A model generated the notes under the pieces. It was not told the origin of the DNA. It was given only the letters and a program-made list of their open reading frames with translations, and ran no database searches. The translations under genes were made by a program, and so were the position numbers. This document shows, piece by piece, positions 35,585-47,900 of a stretch of 64,000 nt of DNA (the first letter of the stretch is position 1; every line of letters begins with the position of its first letter). The DNA is taken from positions 1 to 64,000 of the IMG/VR virus record IMGVR_UViG_3300035665_000023; one strand, 5' to 3'. This DNA is from a virus.

Positions 35585-35800
35585 TGGCACCAAAACGGCA
35601 CCAAACGAGTGATTTTGATACGATTTCCACAGCAATGGCACCATTGAAAAGCAGCAAAAACGCAGGAAATTGCGAGGATTTTTGCGTTGACATCGTTGAG
35701 GTCACAGATTCGAGTTCTGTACCGCCCACTAGGGAAAACGCTGAGAAAACGAACAAAACGACTGAACGATAAATGGTGCCCGGCACCAAAATTGGCACCA
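35585..35800 (+). other. attP: core equal to the 3' half of tRNA-Val(GAC) (35685-35730), flanked by integrase arm-type sites
   Basis: CGTTGACATCG anticodon arm, ACAGA-TTCGAGT-TCTGT T arm and ACCGCCCA acceptor strand, with no 5' half. Paired GGCACCA repeats at 35585-35605 and 35781-35800; adjacent to int. Confidence 0.85.
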
Positions 35801-35813
35801 GCGATTTTCAGAT

Positions 35814-36890
35814 TTGTTTGAGTTGCTGACCATACGTGTCAATCGCATGGCAAAATCTAGGCTCATGCGTAAACCATTTTTTCGTAAAGCAAGGCAGTGC
35901 TGGTACGTCAAGGATGATCAAGGGCACTTCATACGTCTGGATCCAGACGAGAAGAAGGCGTTCGCGATTTGGGAACGTCTGCGGAACATTGCGGACTACC
36001 AGCACCATGACGCAACGCTGGAGGCGATCTGCGAGGCGTTCCTAAAGCACCATGAGCCGGAGCTGAGTAAGGTTAGGTTTGCTGATTTGACTTGGATCCT
36101 AGAGGAATTCGCTTTGTGGTTCGGCCCGACCCGACTGGCTCGAGAAGTTGGCAAGGCAGATGTGTTGCGATGGATGCGGTCGGAGCGGGATTTGCGAGGT
36201 GGTCGAGGTGTTTGGTCGGCAGCTCGGCAACGGGACGCTGGGCACACGGTAAAGCGAGTGCTGGACTGGGCAATCAGGCGGCAATACTTGCCCTGGTCGG
36301 ATGTAACGGAGATGCGGCTCCCAAGCCCAGAACCTCGGGACGAAATGATTTGCTACGCAGATCACTGCCGTCTAATCGGTGGGTGCAAGGCACGAAAATC
36401 ACGTCCGTTTCGATTGGTGCTAATTGCACTGAGGTTATCGGGGGCACGGCCCGCACAAGTGCGGGAGTTGACGGCTAGCAACGTGATCGGGGATAGTTGG
36501 GTGTTTCGTCGGCACAAGACAAGTGCGAAGACGGGTAAGCCGTTGGTGGTTCGCTGTGGGCCTTGCCTGCAGACCCTGACGCGGATATTGACTCACGCTA
36601 GACCCAGCGGCCCAATGCTTCTATCGGCCCATCGCAAGCCTTGGCCGAAGGATGGGATCGTTCTTCGTTTTCGTCGCCTTCGAGAAGCGGTTGGGCTAGA
36701 CGGGGTCACGGCCTATTCGTATCGGCACACCTACGCGACAGATGCACTGCAGGCGGGTATCTCGCTGCCGACCGTTGCAGCGTTGTTGGGACATGTCAAC
36801 CCGACGATGGTTTCGCGAGTGTATGGGCACCTGGAAAAGCGATCGGATCACCTGAGTGATGCGGTCGCTAAAATCAAACGGGCTGAGTGA
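35814..36890 (+). CDS. int: Tyrosine integrase (true start probably 35847 or 35865)
   Basis: SGARP, HKT, YSYRHTYAT, LLGH and RVYGH catalytic motifs; N-terminal KPFFRKARQCWYV arm-binding-like segment. Confidence 0.92.
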   Translation: MFELLTIRVNRMAKSRLMRKPFFRKARQCWYVKDDQGHFIRLDPDEKKAFAIWERLRNIADYQHHDATLEAICEAFLKHHEPELSKVRFADLTWILEEFALWFGPTRLAREVGKADVLRWMRSERDLRGGRGVWSAARQRDAGHTVKRVLDWAIRRQYLPWSDVTEMRLPSPEPRDEMICYADHCRLIGGCKARKSRPFRLVLIALRLSGARPAQVRELTASNVIGDSWVFRRHKTSAKTGKPLVVRCGPCLQTLTRILTHARPSGPMLLSAHRKPWPKDGIVLRFRRLREAVGLDGVTAYSYRHTYATDALQAGISLPTVAALLGHVNPTMVSRVYGHLEKRSDHLSDAVAKIKRAE

Positions 36891-37131
36891 GATGCTGGGC
36901 TTTGCGAAGAACTTCAAGCTTTCGGATTGCCGCCCGAAGGATGGTGTAGACAACTACGTTTTCGTCAATTTCAGCCGAACCCGAGTACACAAACGAACCA
37001 ATCAATAGCGACCTTCTGTCCTTACGCAGAACGGTCCCGAACACCTCGAACACGATGTGCTGCTCGCCTTCGGAATGGTCGTCAAAAACGACCGCAACAA
37101 CGTCACCAAGATTGCATGGTGTTCGCATCAT
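36874..37131 (-). CDS. Hypothetical protein
   Basis: VAVVFDDHS motif; coupled to the phosphoesterase gene. Confidence 0.6.
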   Translation of the reverse strand: MMRTPCNLGDVVAVVFDDHSEGEQHIVFEVFGTVLRKDRRSLLIGSFVYSGSAEIDENVVVYTILRAAIRKLEVLRKAQHLTQPV

Positions 37132-37994
37132 TTCGCCCTCATTGTCTCGAACTTGACCCGCTCCGATCGTTCATCCCAAAAAAACCGTAGCCAGGCTGAG
37201 CCCAGTGCCTTTGGCCCGAGCATTCGCTCGACTTCCCAACCAGCGTGTCCGTCGCCCCATGCGTCTTTGTATCCTGGGCATCGAACGTGCAATTGCTCAT
37301 CGTGATACAACCCGCCTCTTGAGCTAATCCTTTGGCGCGGAATTGTAAAAGACCACTCATCGTGAGTATGACCCGTTAGCACGATGTCTGCGTCAGGAGT
37401 GAATGTCGCTATTCTCGATGGTTGGAGCGTCCCCTTGGTGATAATCCCTCCACCACCCGACCCATGGTAGTGATAAAGAAATTTGGAATCCTTGATGCGG
37501 CTTTCAGAGGCAATAAAACGAAATACGACCCAACCACCGTAGCCACTAGACTCGACAATGCCTCCTTGCTGTCGCATTTGAGAAACAAGTCGATCGGTAA
37601 GGTCGGTTTCGTGTTGCTTTGCAATTGCTGTTTCATGGTTGCCTCGACCCATAACTGCAAAGTGTTGCAAATATGGCTTGTAGAACTCAGCAGCAGTTTC
37701 GACGATCAAGTCAAAATAGTTATTCCCTTGGTGCTCCGGTCGCAACGCACTTTTATCTGCACGTTTATCCCAACGCCCCTGCATTACGCAGTGCAAGTCT
37801 CCGTTGTCCAAAATCGGTGCGTTGTATTCAACCGCTTCGTCGAGGTGCTTCCGCTCAAGCGCCTGATTGCATTTTGGGTTGTCGTGGTGAACGTCGCTGC
37901 GGAGCAAGACCCATTGCTCCCAGTCCGTCCGTTTTGACACCTCAACCCTGATTTCGACAACATTTTTCGCCAGCTTGCGTAGCGACCATGACAT
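37128..37994 (-). CDS. Calcineurin-like metallophosphoesterase
   Basis: SDVH, NGDLH, GNHE, HYHG and GHTH motifs; GGAGG RBS before MSWSLR. Confidence 0.9.
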   Translation of the reverse strand: MSWSLRKLAKNVVEIRVEVSKRTDWEQWVLLRSDVHHDNPKCNQALERKHLDEAVEYNAPILDNGDLHCVMQGRWDKRADKSALRPEHQGNNYFDLIVETAAEFYKPYLQHFAVMGRGNHETAIAKQHETDLTDRLVSQMRQQGGIVESSGYGGWVVFRFIASESRIKDSKFLYHYHGSGGGGIITKGTLQPSRIATFTPDADIVLTGHTHDEWSFTIPRQRISSRGGLYHDEQLHVRCPGYKDAWGDGHAGWEVERMLGPKALGSAWLRFFWDERSERVKFETMRAK

Positions 37995-38231
37995 GCGTCT
38001 TCCTCCGTGCAAGAGCACCGCAATAAAGGCTTCAATTGTCGCGATTCTGTTGTTAAAATCAAAAAAGTTGCGTTGATGGAAAATCATGAATGAAACGCAA
38101 TAGGCACTACTCCAATTTGTGTTTTTTCCGCGAATTGTGAATAATCATTGCAATTGTCGATTGCTGCAAAAAGTCAAGCTTGCAAATCTCACAGTTTATT
38201 ACCTATCAATTACTGCGAAAATCAGAAGAAA

Positions 38232-38897
38232 ATGAATACGCACTACACGCAAAACGCTTCAGTTCCGAATCATCGTTACGGACTGGTGTCGAGAGCGATT
38301 TTGACAGGCATGGACATTTCTCAGGCAAACAGTTTTGAGCGGTGCGTAATTTTTGGAGTAACTAGCGTTCCATCTCGCGCTCTTATGTTTTCAATTATGT
38401 GCGAGTCTGGTGCGCAATGGGCAAGGATTCCATTGCACATGCTGCGACATGAGGAGCCAAGAAAAACTGACGCTCCAGTGCATTCGCTTTGCGAGCTGCA
38501 GATGTGGGATAATCACGGGTGGGAGTTTTCAATAACCTGCTACGAGTATCTCCGCGACATGTCTTGCTCTTTTATGAAGCGAGATGGTTCATCTGTTCCT
38601 GCAAGCTATTGGTTTACGCTAGATCACACGGAAAACGGATGGAGTCTTTATCCACCAGAACATAAGTGCTATCACCTTTTATTCCTTGAGGACGGTTCCG
38701 GTCAGATCGCAGCTCAGCCAAACAATCGGATTCGATGGAAAGACGACTCGTTTACTAATCACAAACTGCCATTAAATTACCGTGTCATGGGAGAGCAAAC
38801 TTGGCACGCTGAAGTGAGTCGAGTCAATGCGCAAGACACTGCATTTACACAAGAGGATTTAAGTAAACATATCAACAACATAGTTGTGGCGTTGTAA
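38232..38897 (+). CDS. Conserved phage hypothetical protein
   Basis: WARIPLH, LQMWD, YWFTLD, EHKC and AAQPNNRIRW motifs. Confidence 0.75.
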   Translation: MNTHYTQNASVPNHRYGLVSRAILTGMDISQANSFERCVIFGVTSVPSRALMFSIMCESGAQWARIPLHMLRHEEPRKTDAPVHSLCELQMWDNHGWEFSITCYEYLRDMSCSFMKRDGSSVPASYWFTLDHTENGWSLYPPEHKCYHLLFLEDGSGQIAAQPNNRIRWKDDSFTNHKLPLNYRVMGEQTWHAEVSRVNAQDTAFTQEDLSKHINNIVVAL

Positions 38898-38924
38898 GCA
38901 AAAATGTTGCGGCACTTCTGCAAT

Positions 38925-41900
38925 CTATTTCCGTTCCAGCACTTTTCGCAGCTGCCGTAGTCTCTGCACGTAGCTTTCCCTCAAGACGTAGTTATTGCCA
39001 CGCATTTCGTAAGCAGAACCGTACTGTCGCTTGTAATAATCCAGCAGCATGAGACGAGCATCGTTAAAGTCGAGTCCCATCGTGCGGAACTTCTCAATGG
39101 CTTTATCTCGCTCGGAAACCGATTTCTGGAACGACTCGTCGCTCTTGTGTGTTTTCCTCTGCGGATTGGCTAGCGCGGCATACACGACAGCTTGTTTCTT
39201 AGCTTCCCTTTGGTCGAACATCTGCTTGCGTTGTTTATCCGTCAGCAAGTCCTTGTACCCAAAGTCTGGAGTGTTGTAATCCATCGCTTCGAGGTCTTTT
39301 TCAAACTGTTTCTTTCGGTCTTCTTCTGATGCCTTTTTGTACTTAGACCGCGATCCGTGCGTTGAAACTGACACACCGAAGAAAGCTTCCAATGCCGCGA
39401 GAGTACCTCGCTTAAGACCGAGTTCGCTCTCTGCTGCGTATATCTCTCGATAGGTCAGTGGAGTAATGCGACTCCCAACGATGTTGCGATAAATCGCTGT
39501 GGGGTCGTCCTTGTCCGCTATCACGTTGCCAACCGCATCTCGTCCGCTAGCCCATTCCAAAATTGCCGATGGAGCTGTTCCTAACTTGTATCGACCGTAG
39601 TTGATAATAAAGTCTGCTGCGGTCTTTCCACCGTACTGAACGTCATCTCCATAAATCGACTTGATCTCACCCTCGCTCGTCTTCATTTTGCCCGTCAATA
39701 TTCTTGAGGCAAGGACAATGGCTGGCATCAAACCACCTTCGTCTTTGAATCGAGTCTCGCCGATCTTCATTGCAAGAGCATCGCTCGACCGCAAGTCGAA
39801 TTCAAAGGTTGGCATTTCTTCTTCGTCGTCGCCTGCAAGCAAGCGATACGCTACGTAAGCAACCGCCATTTTCGCTGTGTGACCAACCATTGCCTGAATG
39901 TACAGCTTGGCCAATGCGACCCGCATACCCCTGTCAGCATTCCATTGCCCAATCCATTGCGGAGTCACCAACTGGAACGGAACAATGAAGTCAGCTTGGA
40001 TTCGCGACCACGTCCAGCGTCTAGCGAGGAACAACCAATCAAGCCATGGATTGCCACCCTTCAAGCCAGTCCCTCGTCCGCTGAATATGTTGGCAATCCT
40101 TCCTGTCTCTTTGATGTCGTCTTCCGTCCATCCCGTGTTGACCTTAAAAAACTCTCTGGCGGCAAGAGTGTCTCGCTTCTGAATGTCGTACATGTCTGCC
40201 TTCATGATGTTGGAGAACGTGCGGTTGCCACGCTCTGCCATCGCATACAGCTTTGCCCATGTGCGGAGGGGGAGCAAAAGTTTTGTTTCTGTATTCTCGA
40301 GCCACCGAATGATCGCCGATTGATACAGTTCTTCTAATTTCGCCTGAGGACCAGTGACCTGCGTAAAGTCAACTTTCGCCAGTTCGTATTCTTTTGCATT
40401 GGGCCTGCTCTTCAGTCCATCTGCCGATTCCAACGCGAGTCGCTGGCTAAACACTGCAGGTATTGCTTCCATCAGTGCGTAAAAAGCTTTCATCGGCTGC
40501 GAATACGTGTAGAAGAAGCCTTGCCGCAGAACAAAAGACATTTCTAAGCCGAGCATTAGCGTCTTTGGAATCAACGAAGTGGCCTCAAGAATCCCTTGGC
40601 CAATCCACTGTCCCGTGTTCCATGTCGCTCGCTTTGCCTTTTCGATGGCAATCATCGCGTCATATTGCACCTCCTCGATTTCCATGTTCTTTTCGAGGAT
40701 GGCTTTTTCCGTGATAGTACGCTTCTTCAAGGGCACCGGAATACGACCAGCCTTTGCTTCCTCAAGTCGCCTCTGCCAAAACGCTAGCCGCCTTTCTTGC
40801 GCCTTGCGATAACGTTGCCAATACTTCAATTCCTCCGTAGCTTGATACACGGGATTTGCTTCTAGCGCTACTTTCCGCAGTTGCCTCAAAGATCGCAACT
40901 CGGCCATGAGTTCTTCTTTTCGCTCCGAAGTCAACTCTGAGTTTTTCGCGGCAGGAGCCCATGTGCCATCCTCAAGAGCTTTAACGTCAGCCTTGACCGC
41001 ACTTATCTGCCGCTCAAGCATTCGCACCGAAGCATCGAGTCGTTGCTCTTCAGTGAGTGGCTTGCGTCCCTTCTTGGGCTTCGTGGGTGGGAAGATCTTT
41101 TCGTAGTCAGCCTTAAGCTTGTCTCTCACCCTACGCTTCTGTTCGAGTTGGCTACGAAGATCCAACAAATCCTCATCTGGCTCGAGAGGTGTCTTTTCAT
41201 CGACTGGTTTGACAAGTTTCGTCCTGCTCTTTACCGCCTCGTCCAGAGCAGCGATGTCCTTATCAAGCATCTCCAGCCTGTTTTTTGCTGCCGTTTTTGC
41301 TGTTGTCAGAGCAGACTTCAGTTGACCCTCCTTCGATTCAGCGGGAACCGGAAGCGTCTTCTTTAGCTTGTTGAATTGCGAAATCAACTCTCGCTCAATG
41401 CTGTCAGGTGTTGCCCTCTCCTGGCCAGTTGCTTTTGGAAGAAGACCCTTCTCTCGTAGGCGGCGAGCCACTTCTTCTGGAGTAACGCCTTTATTGAGCC
41501 ACTCTTCACTTTGCTTGATAGCGTTAATCGTGTCTTCGATTTTAAGTGATTGCCTAGCCTTGCCGCGAATCGCCCGAATGATGACTTCGACTGGCTCTGT
41601 GTTTAGCGATTGCCAGACACCGTAATCGGACATCGCCTGCATTGTTTCGTATTTCGATATCCCAGGCACTTCGGTTGACAGTTGTTCGTACACAACATCA
41701 ACGACATCCTTCCAATTTTCTTCCTCAGCGCCGTAACCCAACTCAACCGCTGCCCGCATCAACTCCTTCGCTCTTGCTCCAAGTTCTGAATCCGTAGGGT
41801 TGTCGCCAATTGGAGATTCAGGTTTGTTCTTTGAAATGCTTTCGTTCCATGCGTCTCGAATCGCTTGTATTTGCTCTGGAGAAGCATTGCGAAGGTTAGC

Positions 41901-44900
41901 TTTGATCTGCGCTTCTACCTCCAAAATGGAGCTGACGCCAGCCTCTCGTAATGCGGAAACGACATTGTTCGCTGCAGCTTTGATGTCGTTTGGTTGCCGA
42001 CTTGGTGAGTAGCGGATGTCTGGATTGTTTGGGTCGAACGTGCCTCGGTTGCCGGTGGCGGATTTGATCTGGCTCTTATCTCGAACCCAAATTACGTCAC
42101 GCCCCCGTACCTGCCACTTTCCACCATCCTTGTCCCATTCGTTAACTTTCAAATAAACAGGCAGGACTTTCTCGCCATACTGTGCAGCCAACTCCTTGTC
42201 GATCGCAAACCAAATCATCCCATGCATCGGTGTATCTTCAAACACATCAAACTCAGCATTTGTACCATGGTAAACAACCAATGGCTTCCCATCAGCATCG
42301 ACTACCTTGCTGTCGCCGAACCACTTCTTGAACTCAGGGGTATCTGTTTGAGGTCGAAGATTGCGACCAGCCGCAGGACGATTGCCACCGCTCCACAGAT
42401 TCTGAAACACCGAAAACGCATCGGCAACCTTTTTAACTACCGTAGCACGCTTAGTCCCCAGCTTGGGCTTTTCTGGTTCGGGTTGCGCCGCCGCTTCCGC
42501 CTTCTTCCTAGCGATGGTCTCTTTTGCCAGTTCCTCTACAAGTTTTGCGTTCTGCGCTTCTAGCTTTTTGATGCGGTCAGCCAATTGAGCATACTCTTGT
42601 AGTTGCGATTCGGTTGGTCGCTGCTGCACTTCTCGCAAATGTCGCCGAACAAGCCCAGCCACAGAAAAATCAGATGCCAACTCAACTTGGCGAGAAACAC
42701 CCGTCTGACCCCAAATACTCCCAGCTTTCTCCGAAGCTTCAGTGGCTGTCAGTATTTCATCAAGAACACTTTCGCCAGCTTGGCGGCGGTTTTCAAGATC
42801 ACGGATATACCTGCCTAAAACGGCTTCTTCAACACGATCTATAGCTCTTGGGTTGTTAGCCAGCTCCTCTGCAAGACGTGCTGGATAACCTGGGGTCTTT
42901 GCAATTCGCCTAGCAGCTTCCGCCTGCCATTGATCAACCGATTCTCGCTCTGGCATCACCCGTTCACCAAGACCAGCCAAAGCCCGCAATTCGTTCGTCT
43001 TTACGTTTTTTGTACCAGTTGTTTCATCACTTGCGGGCGGAGACGGTTCTCTAACTTGCGGCTTAATCAGCCCTTCCTCTTCGAGACGCTTGTACAACCC
43101 AGCAAGGATGTCGTCCTTTGGTTTTCGCCTTGGTGAGTAGCGAACGTCAGGCAGCGTCTCGTCAAATCGCTTGCTCAACGGGACGACATTTCCAGAGTCA
43201 TCGTAAGTTACAGCATCAGATGATTTGATTTGTGATGGGGTAAATGCAACGTAAGCGTCGAAGTCAGACGTTCCGTCAGTATCTTTGATAATTACCCCGT
43301 CGTAGCCCATCTTTTGAATTGCCTTGACGAGAGTTCCATCGGGATCCTCTTCCTTGTCAAACAACTCCCACGAAGCGCCCTTGCGATCAAGCCATCTCGA
43401 GTTGACACCTTTAGAAACCAACGTGTTAAACTGAGCGTCAGTTATGCCGTTCCTCCAATCCAGCAGCTCACCAAATACACGGAACTTACGTACGCTTCCG
43501 CCTTTTCTTCCTCCCTGCTCTCGATATCGAGACGCCGCCTCTTCGTCGGTCGTAAAAAACGCGGCGTTCCTGCTTACCTCGTACGAACCGAATACAGTGC
43601 TGTTGAATCCCTTGCTAGGAATTTGAAACTCGTAGAAGTTGGAGTGCGGGCTACCGTGGTACAAAACTGGTGACACTCCACCAGCAACTTCGCCAGCACC
43701 TGCAGCCGCTGCATCAACCATACGCTGTGCCTTCGCCATGTCGCCCTGGTCTACTGCGGCAAGATACTTGGCGTCATTATTGCGACCTGGGGAGTAACGA
43801 TAGTCCTCTCGTCGTCCCAGCACAGGATTCTTAGCCAATACCATACCGCCAACTTGCACCACTTCTTCTGCCGATACCACTGGGGTCTGCGTATCTTTAT
43901 CATAGAAGTAAGTGTGACGGATGGGATTCATCCCAATCTCAACCCACCGATCCTTGTTAGTCTCTGCCAGTTTGTAGGCTTGCTGCGCCGTCATCGGCAC
44001 ATACTCGCCTCGCATGGTAGCGATCGTGGACTTGGGCTTACCAGCGGCGATATTCAGAGCGGCGTTTTCGGTGACCCCGAAAGTAACATTTCTCAATACA
44101 GATGTCGGAGTATAGGCGACAACTCGACCGGCACTTCCTTTGTTCAGGTCTGGGCGAGGTTCATGCAAAGAGACTACCCAAACGTTTTCGTCATCGTAGG
44201 CAGGAATATCCAGTCGAGTTTCAAGCAATCTTCCTTTGGCAATGTCTTCAGGATTTTGGATTAGATCTCTCTTTAGTCGATCTCCAGCTTTGCGATCACC
44301 TAATCCGCGAAGCATATCTTCCTTGCTTGCTGGAATCGGCACCTCGTCAAACTTGCGAAGAGGCATTCGCATGTCCACGATCCTCTGATACTGATTACGA
44401 TCGATCAGACCAGCTTTCAGATCCTGTGCAGCTTTCGTGATCTCGGGATCACGTTTTCTCTTTGCTTGACGACTTGGTGAGTAGCGAACACCTTCATCGC
44501 CCGTCTCCTCCATGTCTGCGGCACGACCCTCAGTCCATGTCCACTCAGGCATCAAGCCGATTTTGTTTTCTGCAAATACCGTGTCTAGTACGCTGGCGGT
44601 TTTATTTTTTTCTGCGTATGGACCGAAGTTCAACCAGGAGTTTTGACCGCGAGTCTCGCTAGTCATTGCACCTATGGCGGGTCCGTAGTACAACCGAACA
44701 TGCGCCTGCCACGCGTTTTCCTCGCCACGGGCTCTAAAGCCAGCCCCCTCCATGCTGTGCCCAAATGCGTCGTGTACAGCGCGAAACAAATCGTTAGCGG
44801 CGACTGGGTGAGAAACCCCTTTTTGATCCTTCCACCTCAACCCAGTATCGGCAAGCATTGGGTTGTTTGCTAATTCAGTAGCCGTAATGCCTTCAGTTCC

Positions 44901-47900
44901 GTATCCAGCATATGTGCCGTACACAGCCATCTTCTTGTTTTGACGCAAGTCACGCACGGCAGAAGATGGATTGCCGTCATACGGATCCGTGTCGCCATCA
45001 TAGAAAGTAAACGTGTATCCAGCCTTTACCAACGCATCGTACTGCGACTTCGTTTGACGAATCATGTCGTCATACGCCTCTTTGACCGCTGGGTCATTTG
45101 GCGAATGCTGCATCTCCTCAAACGCTTGCGCAATACGCTTAGCCCTCTCTTCGTCTACCCGGACGTATTTGGCTTGCCGTTTGAGATTGATGCCGTTATC
45201 GCGAGCGTACTGCTCTGCGGCGTCAACTATCCCTGGGTCTGGTCCTGACGCCCCTTGAACAGATGGTGAACCTTCAAGCGGCGTATAGCTTCGGCCCTGA
45301 TCCCGTCCTCTTCCGTCTCCGGTCGATTCGGATCGTCGTCCTGGGGAGTATCTTTGGCCTGAGTCTTTGATGGGGGCTGCTGTGAATTCGGTGTTCCAGC
45401 CTTGCTCTCTGGCGAACTTTCTTGTTGCGGAAATGACGGCTTGGCGTACATTGTCACTCCTTCTTTGTAGATCGGGTCGTCCGGTCCCGCCGATCCGAGA
45501 TGTGTATTCTTCCCCATTTGGATTGCTTTGCCAGCTGTTAGAGGTTGCGTTGTATTCGTTGCCTTCGCTGCGGAAGGATTTTGTTGTCGTAGTGCCACCA
45601 AGGAAGCTTGGATTGCTTCCATGGAGAGCGCTGACTACCTTTTCCATTCTACTGTGGAAGTCTAGGTTATCAATGGAGAAGTTGAGTATTCTGGCTCCAT
45701 TCGGCATGAAGGCTGGAGCGAGATCCGTATCTTTCCCGAATTCCCGAAGCATGGCGTCGTAGAGATCTTTGAATTCCGACCCTTTCCATGCCCTATTACC
45801 TGTGATTTCAAACCCATTTTCAAGAGCAGGATCGCTCGAATAAACAGGTAAATGCCAGTAGACACCATCTTGAGACAGGACATATCCCAAGATGTTGGCG
45901 TACAAATCCAGTTTCTTCCTGTACTCCTCAGTGATGGTCTTGACGCCACCATTGTTCTCCAGCATGACCTCAAACTTCGATTGCGAACCAGCACCGATGT
46001 CACCCTGCCATGCAGAGAATCCGGTGATTGTGACTGGAACATCGAGTCCTACAGCCTTCGCAATCCAATCGCCGTTCTTGAACAGGACGTCAGTAATCCT
46101 CTTCAGATATTCTTTTTTTACGGCATAACTTGCATTATGAATCTCTGGAATTATGTCAAGCGTCTTAGATGGAATAGCTTCCCATGAAAGTTGAGAATCT
46201 TTTATTCCACGACTAACCAGCTTGCCGTAAACTTCCTGCATTGCCGGGGAAATTTCAAGATTGACTACCGGATCCGAACTTGTCTTGTTATCAATCGATT
46301 TGTATATCTTCCTGAGCCAGCTAACAACTTTTTCAAACACAGACCTAAGAGTTTTTGATGTAAATTTCCCGCCCTTAATGTATTTAAGCAGACCGTTGGC
46401 AAACTTTTCTTCGGCCTCAGTTGTCCAGTTGCCATCAACTACACCAGACCATTTCATTGCAACGTCAATGTCAGCGTCAGTAATCCCCTCTCGCATGTCT
46501 TTTGGAATGCTTTTATCGAACAGGAACATCCTTGCTACGTGCCCTAGTTCGTGAATCCCATCTGCAACCGTTGGCTTGTTAAACGCACGCATTAGTGCTA
46601 TGCCAGAATCAGTAAGTTCTACTGACGCCTTAACAGAAGCAGTCAAAGACCTCAATACCCCGTCAGATGGATAGGAAGTATCAGTAGAAACTCCCATCAT
46701 CCCGTAGAACAACTTTTCCATGTCCCACATCATCTCTTGAACGATGGCTGGTTCAACACCCAACGTTTCTGCGACCTGAACCCACGCATCTTCGAGAATT
46801 TGCCTCTTGATCCTGCCTAGCTGATTGGTGTGCTTCCAAGGAACTCCAGTGTTTGGCTCTCTGAAGTAGCGAGACATCGTTCTGGCGACCCACATGTCCT
46901 TGGTAATCGTCTTAAGTTTTTGCCATCGATTCAGGATATAAGAGCCTTGCTTTGGATTGTCGCCCAATGCAAACGCGCCAACTATTTTTAGATTTGGATC
47001 ATTTGGGTTCTTAAGGTCTCTTTTGAGATACTCGTGAACCTTAAGTTTTTTTGCTGCCTTATCTCCGATGACCGAAACAATCTCGGCCCATGTGTGCTCA
47101 GACTCCATCCACTTTATGGCTTTTGCTAGTCCCGATTTACCTCCGCCGAAGTGATCGACAAGCTTGCTAAAACTTCTTGCTGACGCCAAATTGAATGTTC
47201 TGGAGATTTTCTTGAACTTACCAGGAACAAGATTTGGCTCGTTAGGAATTTTTTTGCCGCTAGAAGTTACTCGACTCGACTCAAAAGTGATCTTACCTCT
47301 CGGAGTAACATACGTCGGCTTACGTGGACGCTGCCCATTCATGTCTCTAGGAGCGTTGTAATCTGTCTTCCAGACATGCTTCGGATTGGATGTCATGCCC
47401 GTTAGCGTTCCGTGTAACATCCACTCTTTCAGGACCATTAATCCAATCAACGTATCTACACTTGGTATAGCGTTGGCAGATGAAAACGAACCCATAATGT
47501 GAAGCAGCTTAACTTCATCATCAGTAAGTTTATCCCTACCCTCCGCAGCCATTTTAGCTGCAATGTCCTTGTCTCTTTTAGCCCATTTACTCAACCATGG
47601 GTTCGCCCTATCGATAATGTCAGTGGTATAAAAACTGATATATGATCGGTTGAGTTTTTTCCAAGCGTTAATTTCTAATAGCGTGTGCTTTACGATGGCA
47701 TCAACGGCAGCTTGACGCCCATCGGATGTGTTAAAGTCAACACCTTCTGGAACAACCTTGTTTTGATTGGCATACTCACCAATCCACGCCACCGCAGACT
47801 TTAATGTCTTTTGAACAGCAACCGGTTCTTCACCAGAGAGAATTTTGTGGACTTGGAATAAAGCGTTTTCCGCAGGCATTCCGCCTTTGACTAGCTGTAT

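Noticed and set aside
35685-35730. A functional tRNA-Val gene
   Set aside because: The 5' acceptor strand and D arm are missing; it is the attP core.
35814-36890. Integrase as an integron integrase (IntI)
   Set aside because: Lacks the IntI-specific insertion and sits beside an attP with arm sites.
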